A stretch of DNA of 64,000 bases, taken from the IMG/VR virus record IMGVR_UViG_3300027801_001565. One strand, 5' to 3'. Origin of the DNA: a virus. The translations under genes were made by a program, and so were the position numbers. Under the pieces are notes generated by a model, which was not told where the DNA came from, searched no databases, and saw nothing but the letters and a program-made list of their open reading frames with translations. Of this stretch, positions 1 through 8,367 are shown in pieces (position 1 is the first letter of the stretch; each line of letters opens with the position of its first letter).

Positions 1-212
1 GCACTAAGTCCTAGGAACTTTGTATCCTTAGATACTCTTTGTCTAGTAAATTCTTTAAGCTCTTCTACTGTCCATGATTGAACAAAGTCGAGAACTTCAA
101 CGTCCCACCCTTCTCTCCGTAGATGTGTTGCTATCTTATGTGCGCCGGGTGCTCGTTTGATTGAATCATAATAATAATCAACCACACCACCTAATATAAT
201 TCCGTGGTTCAT
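1..212 (-). CDS. B12-binding domain of a cobalamin-dependent radical SAM protein (5' part; runs off window)
   Basis: Hand translation, not in ORF track: MNHGIILGGVVDYYYDSIKRAPGAHKIATHLRREGWDVEVLDFVQSWTVEELKEFTRQRVSKDTKFLGLS. The G-x-x-x-IA-x-x-LR-x-x-G-x-x-V-x-x-x-D and following GLS pattern is typical of class-B radical SAM N-terminal B12-binding domains. Confidence 0.65.
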   Translation of the reverse strand, partial: MNHGIILGGVVDYYYDSIKRAPGAHKIATHLRREGWDVEVLDFVQSWTVEELKEFTRQRVSKDTKFLGLS

Positions 213-217
213 AATGT

Positions 218-225
218 TATTTATA
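218..225 (-). promoter_or_regulatory. T4-type late promoter (TATAAATA)
   Basis: Exact TATAAATA 5 nt upstream of the ATG at 212; gp55 is encoded in the window. Confidence 0.7.
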
Positions 226-227
226 TG

Positions 228-1124
228 TTATAAGGTAGGGTTTATCCTTTTAAGGCATTCTTCAGCCCACTCTAAGTGAGTGTTTACGCCTGGGTGATGC
301 CCGGTATTTCCATCATCATAGGCGTAATCACTCCATTCCCATCTTTTAAGTGTGAACTCTGGGTATGCTTGTGATACATGAAAATATACGTCTGAGTCCC
401 ACCCACCCATTATAAGATTAATATTCCTTTCATTACATATTTTAACAATAGCATCAATATAAAACATTAGAGCTTGTTTAAGATTTATAGGTTCCTTACC
501 TTGTCTAACGTCCTCTCTTAATTCCTTGTAGTCGTCGGTGGCTAAGTTTTCCAACAATGTTATCCACTCTATTGAGTTAGGTTTGATACCTGATAGTGCT
601 GATAGTGAACGAAACATGTTATCTCGGAAACATAGTAGTTGTAGGTGAGGGAATGTAAATATAACCGTGTCTAGATTAGTTACATGTAGAGTAGCAATAA
701 ACTTCTTGTACATATGAATAATATGATTTGATGGTGTCCCTAAATTAAACACACCCCAATCATCTCCCAATCTGTTTTGTAATATCTGAGAATAGGAGTT
801 CTCTACACCAACACCCATTGTTGCACTACAACCAAATACAGCAACGTTCTTCTTTCTACCTAGAGGAAACTGATCGCGGAAGTTATACTTATTTATTGTG
901 TAGTCCCAATCTGGGTGGGTCTCCCATTCAGGCCATATTGAGTTTATTTGGAACTCTTCTTTTAGGCCTAGTAATAAATCTAACTGTTCGGGAGTTAATA
1001 CACCGAGACTACGCATGTCCCAGAATGTTTTTGTGTATCGAGGATCGAATAATTCCAGAGTTTTCATAGAAGCTATCTGGATTCTTGCTACCTGGGGTAG
1101 CCCCCAATTGCCTTTGGGCCTCAT
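228..1124 (-). CDS. SGNH/GDSL hydrolase-like protein
   Basis: Block I-like VAVFGCSATMG, block II-like FNLGTPSN and block V-like DDGNTGHHPG. The start may be at 1067. Confidence 0.55.
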   Translation of the reverse strand: MRPKGNWGLPQVARIQIASMKTLELFDPRYTKTFWDMRSLGVLTPEQLDLLLGLKEEFQINSIWPEWETHPDWDYTINKYNFRDQFPLGRKKNVAVFGCSATMGVGVENSYSQILQNRLGDDWGVFNLGTPSNHIIHMYKKFIATLHVTNLDTVIFTFPHLQLLCFRDNMFRSLSALSGIKPNSIEWITLLENLATDDYKELREDVRQGKEPINLKQALMFYIDAIVKICNERNINLIMGGWDSDVYFHVSQAYPEFTLKRWEWSDYAYDDGNTGHHPGVNTHLEWAEECLKRINPTL

Positions 1125-1129
1125 AATAT

Positions 1130-2524
1130 TTAACCTACTGAATAACTAAATGCTTTATAAGCCTTGGAAGCCTTTTTAATTGTTGGACCACCAGATTTAA
1201 TTCGTGACTTGAATGCTTTTGCCTTAGGTGCTTTAAACTTGCCAGGCTTCTTAATTTTATATCTCTTAGCCTTCTGACTAGCTGCTCCACGTATTGCTTT
1301 AGCTGCTTTGTACTTCTTACTAGTAGTAGCCCCTGCCTTACCTCTACTTCCTAAACGTTTAATTTCGTTCTTTCTCATCTGAGGTAATAGTTTAATTGAT
1401 ATACGATTAACTAATGGTTGGAATCTAGTAATCATTTTCTCTACCCTTGCCTTCTCAGCAGGTGGTAAAGATCCTCTATCTCTTCCTCTGAGCAATCGTT
1501 TGTATACCATAAGTCTCGCACCACGAGTAGCTCTTCTTTTCAATCTGTCTGGAGTTGAACCACGTCTTAGAGCAATACGTCTTGCTACTTTTAATTTTTG
1601 TTTGTTACGTCTCGCATTAAAACGTCTTTTCATACGTCCTTGTACAGATAGTACTTCGTGTATAGCTACATCATTGTTTGGATCGCCATCGAAGTCTTCA
1701 TCTTCTAGTTCTTCTTCGTCATAAAGACCTAGATTAAGAGCATCTTTGAATGTGAAGTTGTCTGCTGCTTTATCTAACTCGTCGACATCTATTTGTTCTA
1801 TATACCACTCGCCGTCTTTACCTGTTAACCAATGGCCTTCATCACCTGTATCATGTGTCTCTTTCTCATTGTTAACAGGGTACTCGTGTTTACTGTGGTT
1901 TGCTTGATTAGGTTCAATGTGATCGTAACCTACAAAGTTTTCAGGATCTGCATATCGCATCAAGTCAAATGTTTCATTGTATCCTTTAACAACAGGGGCG
2001 TCCTGGTGAAGAGGATCCATGTCCCCCATATGAGGTGATATCAACTTCTTCTTTTTGTTTAACAGTTTTTCTGTTATCTTTGTACCAATCTCATCTTGAG
2101 GCCTTCTAGCCTTAATAGGCAATGTTTTTAGAGGTTTAGATACTTTCCCTTCGCCTGGTGTTAGAGATTTAAAATATGCTGTGCCTTGAGGTGTTCCCCA
2201 TTCCATACCGCCTGGAGTTGGATCGTAACGTTCGTCTTCTTTAATAGGCACCGGGGAGGGATTCTTTTTAACAGACTTCTTTGCTGAGTCTATCATTCGT
2301 TTTTCGTGTTTTGCTAACGTTTCTTTTTGTTTGGCATTGCGATCGTCCCAGTAGCCTTCTTTCTGAGTAGTTAACGAATCGTAGCTTATCTTTTTATTGA
2401 AGGAAGCTTTGTAATCCTTAATAGATTTGAATTTACTTCTGTCTACTTTTATCCCAGCTTTCAATCTATCTTGTGGTTTAGGAACGTTGCCTGCCGACAT
2501 TGCAGCTACATTTTCTTTCTGCAT
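1130..2524 (-). CDS. Basic internal-head-like protein, C-terminal segment (probably reached by -1 frameshift from 2608..3660)
   Basis: Very K/R-rich C-terminus and repeated x-x-E motifs. The frame stays open upstream of the ATG to ~2640, overlapping the end of the upstream ORF at an A9 run. Confidence 0.55.
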   Translation of the reverse strand: MQKENVAAMSAGNVPKPQDRLKAGIKVDRSKFKSIKDYKASFNKKISYDSLTTQKEGYWDDRNAKQKETLAKHEKRMIDSAKKSVKKNPSPVPIKEDERYDPTPGGMEWGTPQGTAYFKSLTPGEGKVSKPLKTLPIKARRPQDEIGTKITEKLLNKKKKLISPHMGDMDPLHQDAPVVKGYNETFDLMRYADPENFVGYDHIEPNQANHSKHEYPVNNEKETHDTGDEGHWLTGKDGEWYIEQIDVDELDKAADNFTFKDALNLGLYDEEELEDEDFDGDPNNDVAIHEVLSVQGRMKRRFNARRNKQKLKVARRIALRRGSTPDRLKRRATRGARLMVYKRLLRGRDRGSLPPAEKARVEKMITRFQPLVNRISIKLLPQMRKNEIKRLGSRGKAGATTSKKYKAAKAIRGAASQKAKRYKIKKPGKFKAPKAKAFKSRIKSGGPTIKKASKAYKAFSYSVG

Positions 2525-2578
2525 CGAAGCGTCTTGGTGTTTCCACCAATTATGATCGTCTTTTTTGGAGAGTGCTTT

Positions 2579-2622
2579 TAAGTCCTTATGAGCGGACTTA
2601 GGTATTACTACCTTTTTTTTTG
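2579..2622 (-). other. Putative -1 ribosomal frameshift / slippage signal
   Basis: Minus strand reads CAA AAA AAA AGG TAG (A9). It is followed by hairpins AGGTA-GTAA-TACCT and TAAGTCC-GCTCATAA-GGACTTA. The -1 frame joins the 464-aa ORF. Confidence 0.5.
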
Positions 2623-3660
2623 AGAGTCCACACGTTTTTTAATATTTTCGCCTGAGACTGGATTGTAAAGCTTCTTCTTACTAGGTGAAACTGGTTGTTT
2701 CTCGTTGGCTGAATCAACTGCTTTGACAACCTTATCAACTCCGCGCCTTACTAGATTGGCTAAACTTTCTTCCATATTATTTAAATCGAATACAATATGG
2801 TTTGCTTCATTTACCTTAGGTGATTCCTTCGGTAGGCCTGCTTTCTTAAGTTTCTCTTTAGTTCTTAAATCTGAAACAACTGGATCGTAATTATCATTAG
2901 AAGACTCTGTTTTTAAATTCTTCATTATTCCTACTTGTCTTGCACGGATGTCTTCGCCAATTCGTTTATCTTTTGGATCTTTGAACTGAGATGCAATTTT
3001 ATTTTGTAAATGCTTAGGTATAGGCTTATTACTAGGTTTATATTTAGGTTTTAAGTCCGCTGCCATATCTTTAATATTGTAGCCTTCACTCCAATCTTTT
3101 CTGACGGTTTCTTTTCCACCAGGGCCGATGTCTGTTACTTTTGTTTTAATAGGTGGACCGTTGTATTTAATCTTAACTGTTTTAAGACTGTCTGGCTTTG
3201 TGCTGTGTACTACAGCTTTCTTCCTACCTGCTAGTGCTTTTGCTCGCCTTTTTTCGTTATCATTAAAATCTTCATTTTGAGTGGCTCTTTTTGCTAATTT
3301 CTTAGTTGCTCTAATAACACCCTTTGCTCTCTGGACACTTTTCATGTCTTCTTTCTCGCCTGCGTCAAAATCATCTGAGTGTGCTAATTTGTGAGCTCCT
3401 TTAGAAGCCAAATTACCTACTGATTTTTTACTTAGAGGTGATACTGCTTTTCTTACATAATTGGATAGTGTCTTAGTTTCTAGCTCTGTGATGTTTTCTT
3501 CTTTCATCTTAAGGGATTTTAGTGGCTTTACTGAAAAGTTTTTTGAATTGTCGTTATGTGTGTCGCCCATTGGTTTCACCAAAGCTTTTTTAGCTGGCCT
3601 ACCAGAAGCTAAGTCCTCACTCATAAGTTTTATTGATTTTTCGATGTCTGTTACTGGCAC
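2608..3660 (-). CDS. Lys-rich internal-head-like protein, N-terminal segment
   Basis: Late promoter and GGGAGAG SD upstream. Contains the ITELETKTLSNYVRKA module and many x-x-E sites resembling gp21 cleavage sites. Confidence 0.55.
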   Translation of the reverse strand: MPVTDIEKSIKLMSEDLASGRPAKKALVKPMGDTHNDNSKNFSVKPLKSLKMKEENITELETKTLSNYVRKAVSPLSKKSVGNLASKGAHKLAHSDDFDAGEKEDMKSVQRAKGVIRATKKLAKRATQNEDFNDNEKRRAKALAGRKKAVVHSTKPDSLKTVKIKYNGPPIKTKVTDIGPGGKETVRKDWSEGYNIKDMAADLKPKYKPSNKPIPKHLQNKIASQFKDPKDKRIGEDIRARQVGIMKNLKTESSNDNYDPVVSDLRTKEKLKKAGLPKESPKVNEANHIVFDLNNMEESLANLVRRGVDKVVKAVDSANEKQPVSPSKKKLYNPVSGENIKKRVDSQKKR

Positions 3661-3681
3661 TTTTAATCTCTCCCTTACTCT

Positions 3682-3689
3682 TATTTATA
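3682..3689 (-). promoter_or_regulatory. T4-type late promoter
   Basis: Intergenic TATAAATA upstream of the ATG at 3660. Confidence 0.75.
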
Positions 3690-3694
3690 CACGG

Positions 3695-4093
3695 TTAATC
3701 TTTTACTTCCGGATCTACTGGTTCTTTAGGTTTATTAGCAATAGCATCTTCGTAATATACGATAACTGTCTTTTGCTGTTCTATATAACGGACTAACTCT
3801 GCCATGTTTAATGACAGGTTCTCATAGTCTGGGATGCTAAGTGCAAAGAATACCATGTCTGCGTGAGTAGTTGTAAATTTTTCTTTAAACTCTTCAAAGT
3901 TAGCTTCTGTTACCGCCCAGTATTTCGTAGGGTATAACGAAACTCCTCGTGGCCTAGGTTGTATAGGAATTGCTCTTTCTATAAATTTGGTTTGTACTTC
4001 AATCTGTGGTGGAGTTTGAAGTAAGCTACAACCACTACTGACTATCAGTAGAAGTAATAGACTCGAGCTCTGTAGTAAGCTTTTGTACGGCAT
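3695..4093 (-). CDS. Outer-membrane spanin (o-spanin) lipoprotein
   Basis: Hydrophobic signal ending in lipobox-like VSSG-C, Pro-rich segment, and overlap with the 3' end of the i-spanin-like gene. Confidence 0.7.
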   Translation of the reverse strand: MPYKSLLQSSSLLLLLIVSSGCSLLQTPPQIEVQTKFIERAIPIQPRPRGVSLYPTKYWAVTEANFEEFKEKFTTTHADMVFFALSIPDYENLSLNMAELVRYIEQQKTVIVYYEDAIANKPKEPVDPEVKD

Positions 4094-4406
4094 TGTTTAC
4101 CCTCGTTTCAATTAACCCTGGCTTTCTTAGGGTTAGTGCTGTTAAATTGTGTTCTCTTAGTTTTTTCGACAGTTCACTACCATAAGCCTCTGAAGCCTGT
4201 AATTTTACATTTAGCTCATTTGATAACGATTGAAAACGTTCTCTGTCGTCGGATAACGTATCTATCGTATCCTGATTAGTTTGTGCAACGATTGATAACG
4301 CTGCGTTGTTCTCGGTTAGTCGTGTTATCTTCTTTTCAGTAAAATAATAATAAGTGCCAAATGCTAACGTCATCATCAGGAACATTCCAAAGAATACTTT
4401 ACTCAT
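4035..4406 (-). CDS. Inner-membrane spanin (i-spanin)
   Basis: Single N-terminal TM helix followed by a coiled coil; overlaps the lipoprotein gene. Confidence 0.7.
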   Translation of the reverse strand: MSKVFFGMFLMMTLAFGTYYYFTEKKITRLTENNAALSIVAQTNQDTIDTLSDDRERFQSLSNELNVKLQASEAYGSELSKKLREHNLTALTLRKPGLIETRVNNAVQKLTTELESITSTDSQ

Positions 4407-4719
4407 TTTTATACCTTTTCTTTTCTAGTTTACTTATCCTCTCCGCCAACTCTGTAGCATTACCCTTCTCTATGGCAGGGTGTGCTTGTGCCTCTAACTT
4501 GTCTATTCTTGTGGCAAGTAATGGATAATCTTGTCTCCACTTTGCCTCTTTTTTGCCTATTTCTATGTCGTATTTTTCGCTTAGGTAAAACATAAAGTTA
4601 TCCAAATGTACCTGGAACCATACTCCTGCCTTTGTACTTAGGAACCACTTACTAAAAGCGTTTCCAAAAACTGCTGTTATACAAGCGATACTTAATTTTA
4701 TTAATATTAACATCTCCAC
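4399..4719 (-). CDS. Membrane-anchored hypothetical protein (possible lysis accessory)
   Basis: N-terminal hydrophobic helix; translationally coupled upstream of the spanins. Confidence 0.5.
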   Translation of the reverse strand: MEMLILIKLSIACITAVFGNAFSKWFLSTKAGVWFQVHLDNFMFYLSEKYDIEIGKKEAKWRQDYPLLATRIDKLEAQAHPAIEKGNATELAERISKLEKKRYKNE

Positions 4720-5483
4720 CTCTTTAATGATTGGGCCTTTCTAGTCGGCCGCCCTTTATCGTCTTCCTTAACACAATTATCTACAGTTCTCTTACCTTTC
4801 TTCTTAGAGCCTTGTAACTTGTATCCGTCCCAACATGCTTTACCGTCTAATCCTTTTGCCTTTTCCTCAGTAAGAAAATTTGAGAAGTCCATCATTCCTC
4901 TCTCCTCTTTCTGTAGATTCATTCCTTCACGAGTCGCCTTGAATAATTTCTGTCCATGTTCGTCTGAATGGTTAGGGTGTAGTCCAGATTTAAAAGATTT
5001 GTAATCGTTATTAGTGGCATGAGCTCTCATCTTTGTTCCACTTATACCCGACACACCTTCAGCATCAGGATCTCTATGTCCTGCTGAGAGAATATGTATT
5101 TTCTTATAGTCGTATTCTTTTCCGTTGTACTTATGAGCCAACGCTTTAAATTGTTTTACTCTGTCAGAACCCACAACCATTGTTGCGTGTGTATGTCCTT
5201 CCTGATTGAATTTTTTAAGTTGGTGTAAAAATGAAGGGTGTTCTTTAGTAGAGTTTGAGAAGTTTACATCAGGGTGCACATGTTTTAAATAATCTGTCTT
5301 ATGATTGTGATGTAAAGGATCTGTTTTAGGTTTTTGTGAATGACTAACAACCACTGAATGGTTAGCACCAATCTTATCTGCATGTGATTTAACCTTGTCA
5401 ACTACCTTAGAATGTCCAGCAGTTGGTGGGTTCATCCTACCATATGAAAATACTATGTGTTTATCTTTATTTTCTGTTGTCAT
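4707..5483 (-). CDS. Phage cytidylyltransferase-like HIGH-superfamily nucleotidyltransferase, His-rich, with C-terminal CWxGY module
   Basis: Motifs YGRMNPPTAGH (HIGH-like), MVVGSDRV and ISGTKMR. Confidence 0.75.
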   Translation of the reverse strand: MTTENKDKHIVFSYGRMNPPTAGHSKVVDKVKSHADKIGANHSVVVSHSQKPKTDPLHHNHKTDYLKHVHPDVNFSNSTKEHPSFLHQLKKFNQEGHTHATMVVGSDRVKQFKALAHKYNGKEYDYKKIHILSAGHRDPDAEGVSGISGTKMRAHATNNDYKSFKSGLHPNHSDEHGQKLFKATREGMNLQKEERGMMDFSNFLTEEKAKGLDGKACWDGYKLQGSKKKGKRTVDNCVKEDDKGRPTRKAQSLKRWRC

Positions 5484-6642
5484 TTTTGTTAAAGTTTAGT
5501 GCGCTAAACTCCTTCCTGTCTACGAATTTGGATGGTCTTCCACCTCTAATGGCTACAAAGCCTTCTGGTTTTACTTTCTGTCCATCTACCTCATGTCCCC
5601 ATTCTGATTTCTGGGACATTGTTTTTGTAATAACATCTTTAGCTGCTTGTAAATGTTTGTGCATACCCATTGGACCTTCAAAGTGTTTCTTATTCTTATT
5701 TATATGTCCCATAGTATTGTCCATGGTAGTTTGGTGCCTTGCTTTAGCTGCATCTGTCTTAACACCATCTATCTTCTTCTGATGGCTCTTACTGTGATGT
5801 GCTACAAACCCCTCATGCGAGTGTTCTTCACCTGTCCGTACTGTATGATTAATGTAAGTCTTCATTGCCACAGCGTGTTTCTGGACTGTCTCGTGGTGTT
5901 CTTTTGGGGTATTTTTGAAGTGAGCCACAGCCTGTTCCAAGTGATGGTCTACTTGCTTACGATCTTCCTGTGTGTAGTGATGACTGCTAACATCGTGGTT
6001 GGCACTCATAAGGTGCACATCTTTGTGCTTTGTGAACTCCTTAGCGTCAATAGCACCGTGTTTAGCCTTCATATCCGCTATAGTCTTACCCTCGTACTCC
6101 GTGTGTATCGCTAACCCTAGCTTAGCTCTCTTAGCTGCTTTACCGTGGTCTGAGTCTGCGGGTGCGTGATATGTTATTAACTGTGGTGTAAAGTCTACCC
6201 TGTTGTTCTTCTTATCGTGCTTCACATCGCCTGCGTGCATTATGTCCGCTTGGTATACACCGTTTGGCTTTATCTTGTGAGCGTGATCTAAGGCACCTTT
6301 GAGCTTACTTACTAACCCTGGTGCGTGTCCATGATTCTTTTCTATATCCTCATGGGTGTGATTAATCTTTGGTGTTTTGTTGAATGCTGATTTGGATGCT
6401 ACGAAAAACTTACCGTTCTCGGGGTGTTTACCAAATACAACAGCAGGGCTACCATCATATTTAATCGTTGTCGCTGTATCAGATTTCCCTTTGCCTTGTA
6501 AGTCGTTATGCACATCATTAATAGTATGGAATGCGTGTCCAAAACCTTTGTGTCCAGCATGGATGACGTGATCCTCAACATGTTCTAAATGCTTGAGTTT
6601 ATCTTCTTCTGCGTCTTCTTTTAAAAATTCTACAAATCTCAT
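5467..6642 (-). CDS. Conserved T4-like phage protein (DUF6267-like) with ligase/capping-type nucleotidyltransferase motifs, His-rich
   Basis: KYDG (motif I), YQAD (III-like), EGFV (IV) and K-FVDR (V-like). The N-terminus MRFVEFLKE resembles the T4 capsid-targeting sequence. Confidence 0.6.
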   Translation of the reverse strand: MRFVEFLKEDAEEDKLKHLEHVEDHVIHAGHKGFGHAFHTINDVHNDLQGKGKSDTATTIKYDGSPAVVFGKHPENGKFFVASKSAFNKTPKINHTHEDIEKNHGHAPGLVSKLKGALDHAHKIKPNGVYQADIMHAGDVKHDKKNNRVDFTPQLITYHAPADSDHGKAAKRAKLGLAIHTEYEGKTIADMKAKHGAIDAKEFTKHKDVHLMSANHDVSSHHYTQEDRKQVDHHLEQAVAHFKNTPKEHHETVQKHAVAMKTYINHTVRTGEEHSHEGFVAHHSKSHQKKIDGVKTDAAKARHQTTMDNTMGHINKNKKHFEGPMGMHKHLQAAKDVITKTMSQKSEWGHEVDGQKVKPEGFVAIRGGRPSKFVDRKEFSALNFNKNDNRK

Positions 6643-6647
6643 ATCAG

Positions 6648-6655
6648 TATTTATA
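6648..6655 (-). promoter_or_regulatory. T4-type late promoter
   Basis: TATAAATA 5 nt upstream of the ATG at 6642. Confidence 0.75.
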
Positions 6656-7439
6656 ACTCCTGAACATACGGAAAGTCCAGCCGAGCTGTTTTTGTTCCTC
6701 GTAATTTCTCTACTTCTGGTGGTGCTAGTGGTGCGTAAAAATGATCTTCACTAGTATATACTGTCTTATCTACTGCGTTGTTTACGCTACCATGCTTTCC
6801 AGCACGGACATGGTCTATAATAATAGGCGTGTCTCTGAAAGAAACATCTAATTTTGCTACTCTATTCATAAACTCTCTGTCCCCGTGGTGGTGTCCTGTG
6901 AAGGACTCGTCATACCCACCAGCTTCCCAGAATATTGTCTTAGACATCAAAAAACAATTCAAATGGCCTGAATATCTAGTGTCACTCGTTAGTCTAAATA
7001 GCTTTTGTTGCCACCTAGCATAACTCATATGATGATAAACACTATTAGGAGTAGGACGTATTTGTCTGAACCTAGCAACTTCCCCTGGGGGGATAATCAT
7101 ATCTATATCTGCAAATTGTATCCATTCTGTTGGGGCAACTGTAGCTATTAAATTTCTACAGCCATGACTATTAAACCCTAGGTTCTCTGTAACTCTCCAA
7201 ACTTGTAGCGTTGGACCCCACTCTGGAGGCCGCCAATCGCCAATAACTTCCATTGCAGAAGTTTGTTCGGAGCCATCGTCTACGAGGACTATATCACATC
7301 CTTGACTGTAATGTTCCCATTGCGCTATCTGTTCGCGCAGTCTGTCGGGCTCGTCAAAGTATGTGAAACCGAAAGTTAATCTACTCGGTTCCCTCGAAGT
7401 CTTTGACATCTGTTGCTGGGAAGTCAATAGTGTCTCCAT
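6651..7439 (-). CDS. GT-A fold glycosyltransferase (GT2/GT7-like)
   Basis: LVDDGS, CRN, DID (DxD) and GGYDESFTGHHHGDREF motifs. The start may be at 7409. Confidence 0.8.
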   Translation of the reverse strand: METLLTSQQQMSKTSREPSRLTFGFTYFDEPDRLREQIAQWEHYSQGCDIVLVDDGSEQTSAMEVIGDWRPPEWGPTLQVWRVTENLGFNSHGCRNLIATVAPTEWIQFADIDMIIPPGEVARFRQIRPTPNSVYHHMSYARWQQKLFRLTSDTRYSGHLNCFLMSKTIFWEAGGYDESFTGHHHGDREFMNRVAKLDVSFRDTPIIIDHVRAGKHGSVNNAVDKTVYTSEDHFYAPLAPPEVEKLRGTKTARLDFPYVQEL

Positions 7440-7707
7440 GTTGTAGTTGAAAGTGTTCGTTGTGTGTCAAGGATTCAGTTAGATATAATTCATAGCCTGA
7501 ATATACCTCTGCAAAAGAGTCTGACATTTTTCCTTCCAACATATGCTGGAACTCCTGAACCATTCTACCTATTTCAGATATAGTTGGCTCACCATCAAAA
7601 TTACCTAGAATGTATTCGTTGCTACCAGTTGGTGCCCACATGGGGAAGTCTTTCTCTCCCTTTGCTGTCCATAGCCTAGTGGATGCTACTAGTTTCAACT
7701 TCTGCAT
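7381..7707 (-). CDS. Hypothetical protein
   Basis: Tightly packed co-directional ORF with a GGAG SD. Confidence 0.6.
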   Translation of the reverse strand: MQKLKLVASTRLWTAKGEKDFPMWAPTGSNEYILGNFDGEPTISEIGRMVQEFQHMLEGKMSDSFAEVYSGYELYLTESLTHNEHFQLQHGDTIDFPATDVKDFEGTE

Positions 7708-7873
7708 TATACAACTCCAAATTTTTAGTTATTTCTTTTAAATCGATACTGTTTTTTGTAGCTAATTTCTTAGCTGTGTCTTTCCAATAAGCTCTAAAGC
7801 TAGGGTCTAGTGTTCTACGGCTTGCGTTCAAGCAGTTAACTACTCTGCGCGTGTTCTGATCTAGTTTTTTCAT
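7676..7873 (-). CDS. Hypothetical protein
   Basis: ATGA-coupled ORF with a GAGG SD. Confidence 0.55.
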   Translation of the reverse strand: MKKLDQNTRRVVNCLNASRRTLDPSFRAYWKDTAKKLATKNSIDLKEITKNLELYNAEVETSSIH

Positions 7874-8367
7874 AATCTTTCCTCTGTGTAAGGCAGTTCG
7901 CCTTGTATTAATAATTCGGCTGACAATTTAGGGCCTGCCTCCACGATTCTATTTCTTAGAGATGTACTACTAAAAGTATGATCTCGTTTGTTATAGAATA
8001 ATTCAATGTTGCGATCTAAACAAATCTGCTTGGCGGTGAATTCTTTATTTCTATATTCCTCACCTAGTATTCTCATGTTCAATGGGAGTGTTAGAAATAA
8101 ATCTTCCAATTCGTCTTCAGTAGAGTACATAACGATCTCATCAACATACTTTACAGCAGCTAATTGTATTTGTCGTTCTACTATACTTTGTATGGGTCTG
8201 TTCTTAACATCACCACGATCAATAGTAGGATCAACCTGTAGCGCTGCTATGAGATAATCACAATGACGTTTAGCTTCTTCTAACATTACAACATGTCCTG
8301 CATGTAACAAGTCAAATGTGCTACAGGTAATTCCTATAGAGCCACAATCTTTATAATCTAATCTCAT
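7870..8367 (-). CDS. Glycerol-3-phosphate cytidylyltransferase-like (TagD family)
   Basis: TFDLLHAGH HIGH motif, RPIQSIVER, VKYVDEI and FSSTSLR. Confidence 0.85.
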   Translation of the reverse strand: MRLDYKDCGSIGITCSTFDLLHAGHVVMLEEAKRHCDYLIAALQVDPTIDRGDVKNRPIQSIVERQIQLAAVKYVDEIVMYSTEDELEDLFLTLPLNMRILGEEYRNKEFTAKQICLDRNIELFYNKRDHTFSSTSLRNRIVEAGPKLSAELLIQGELPYTEERL

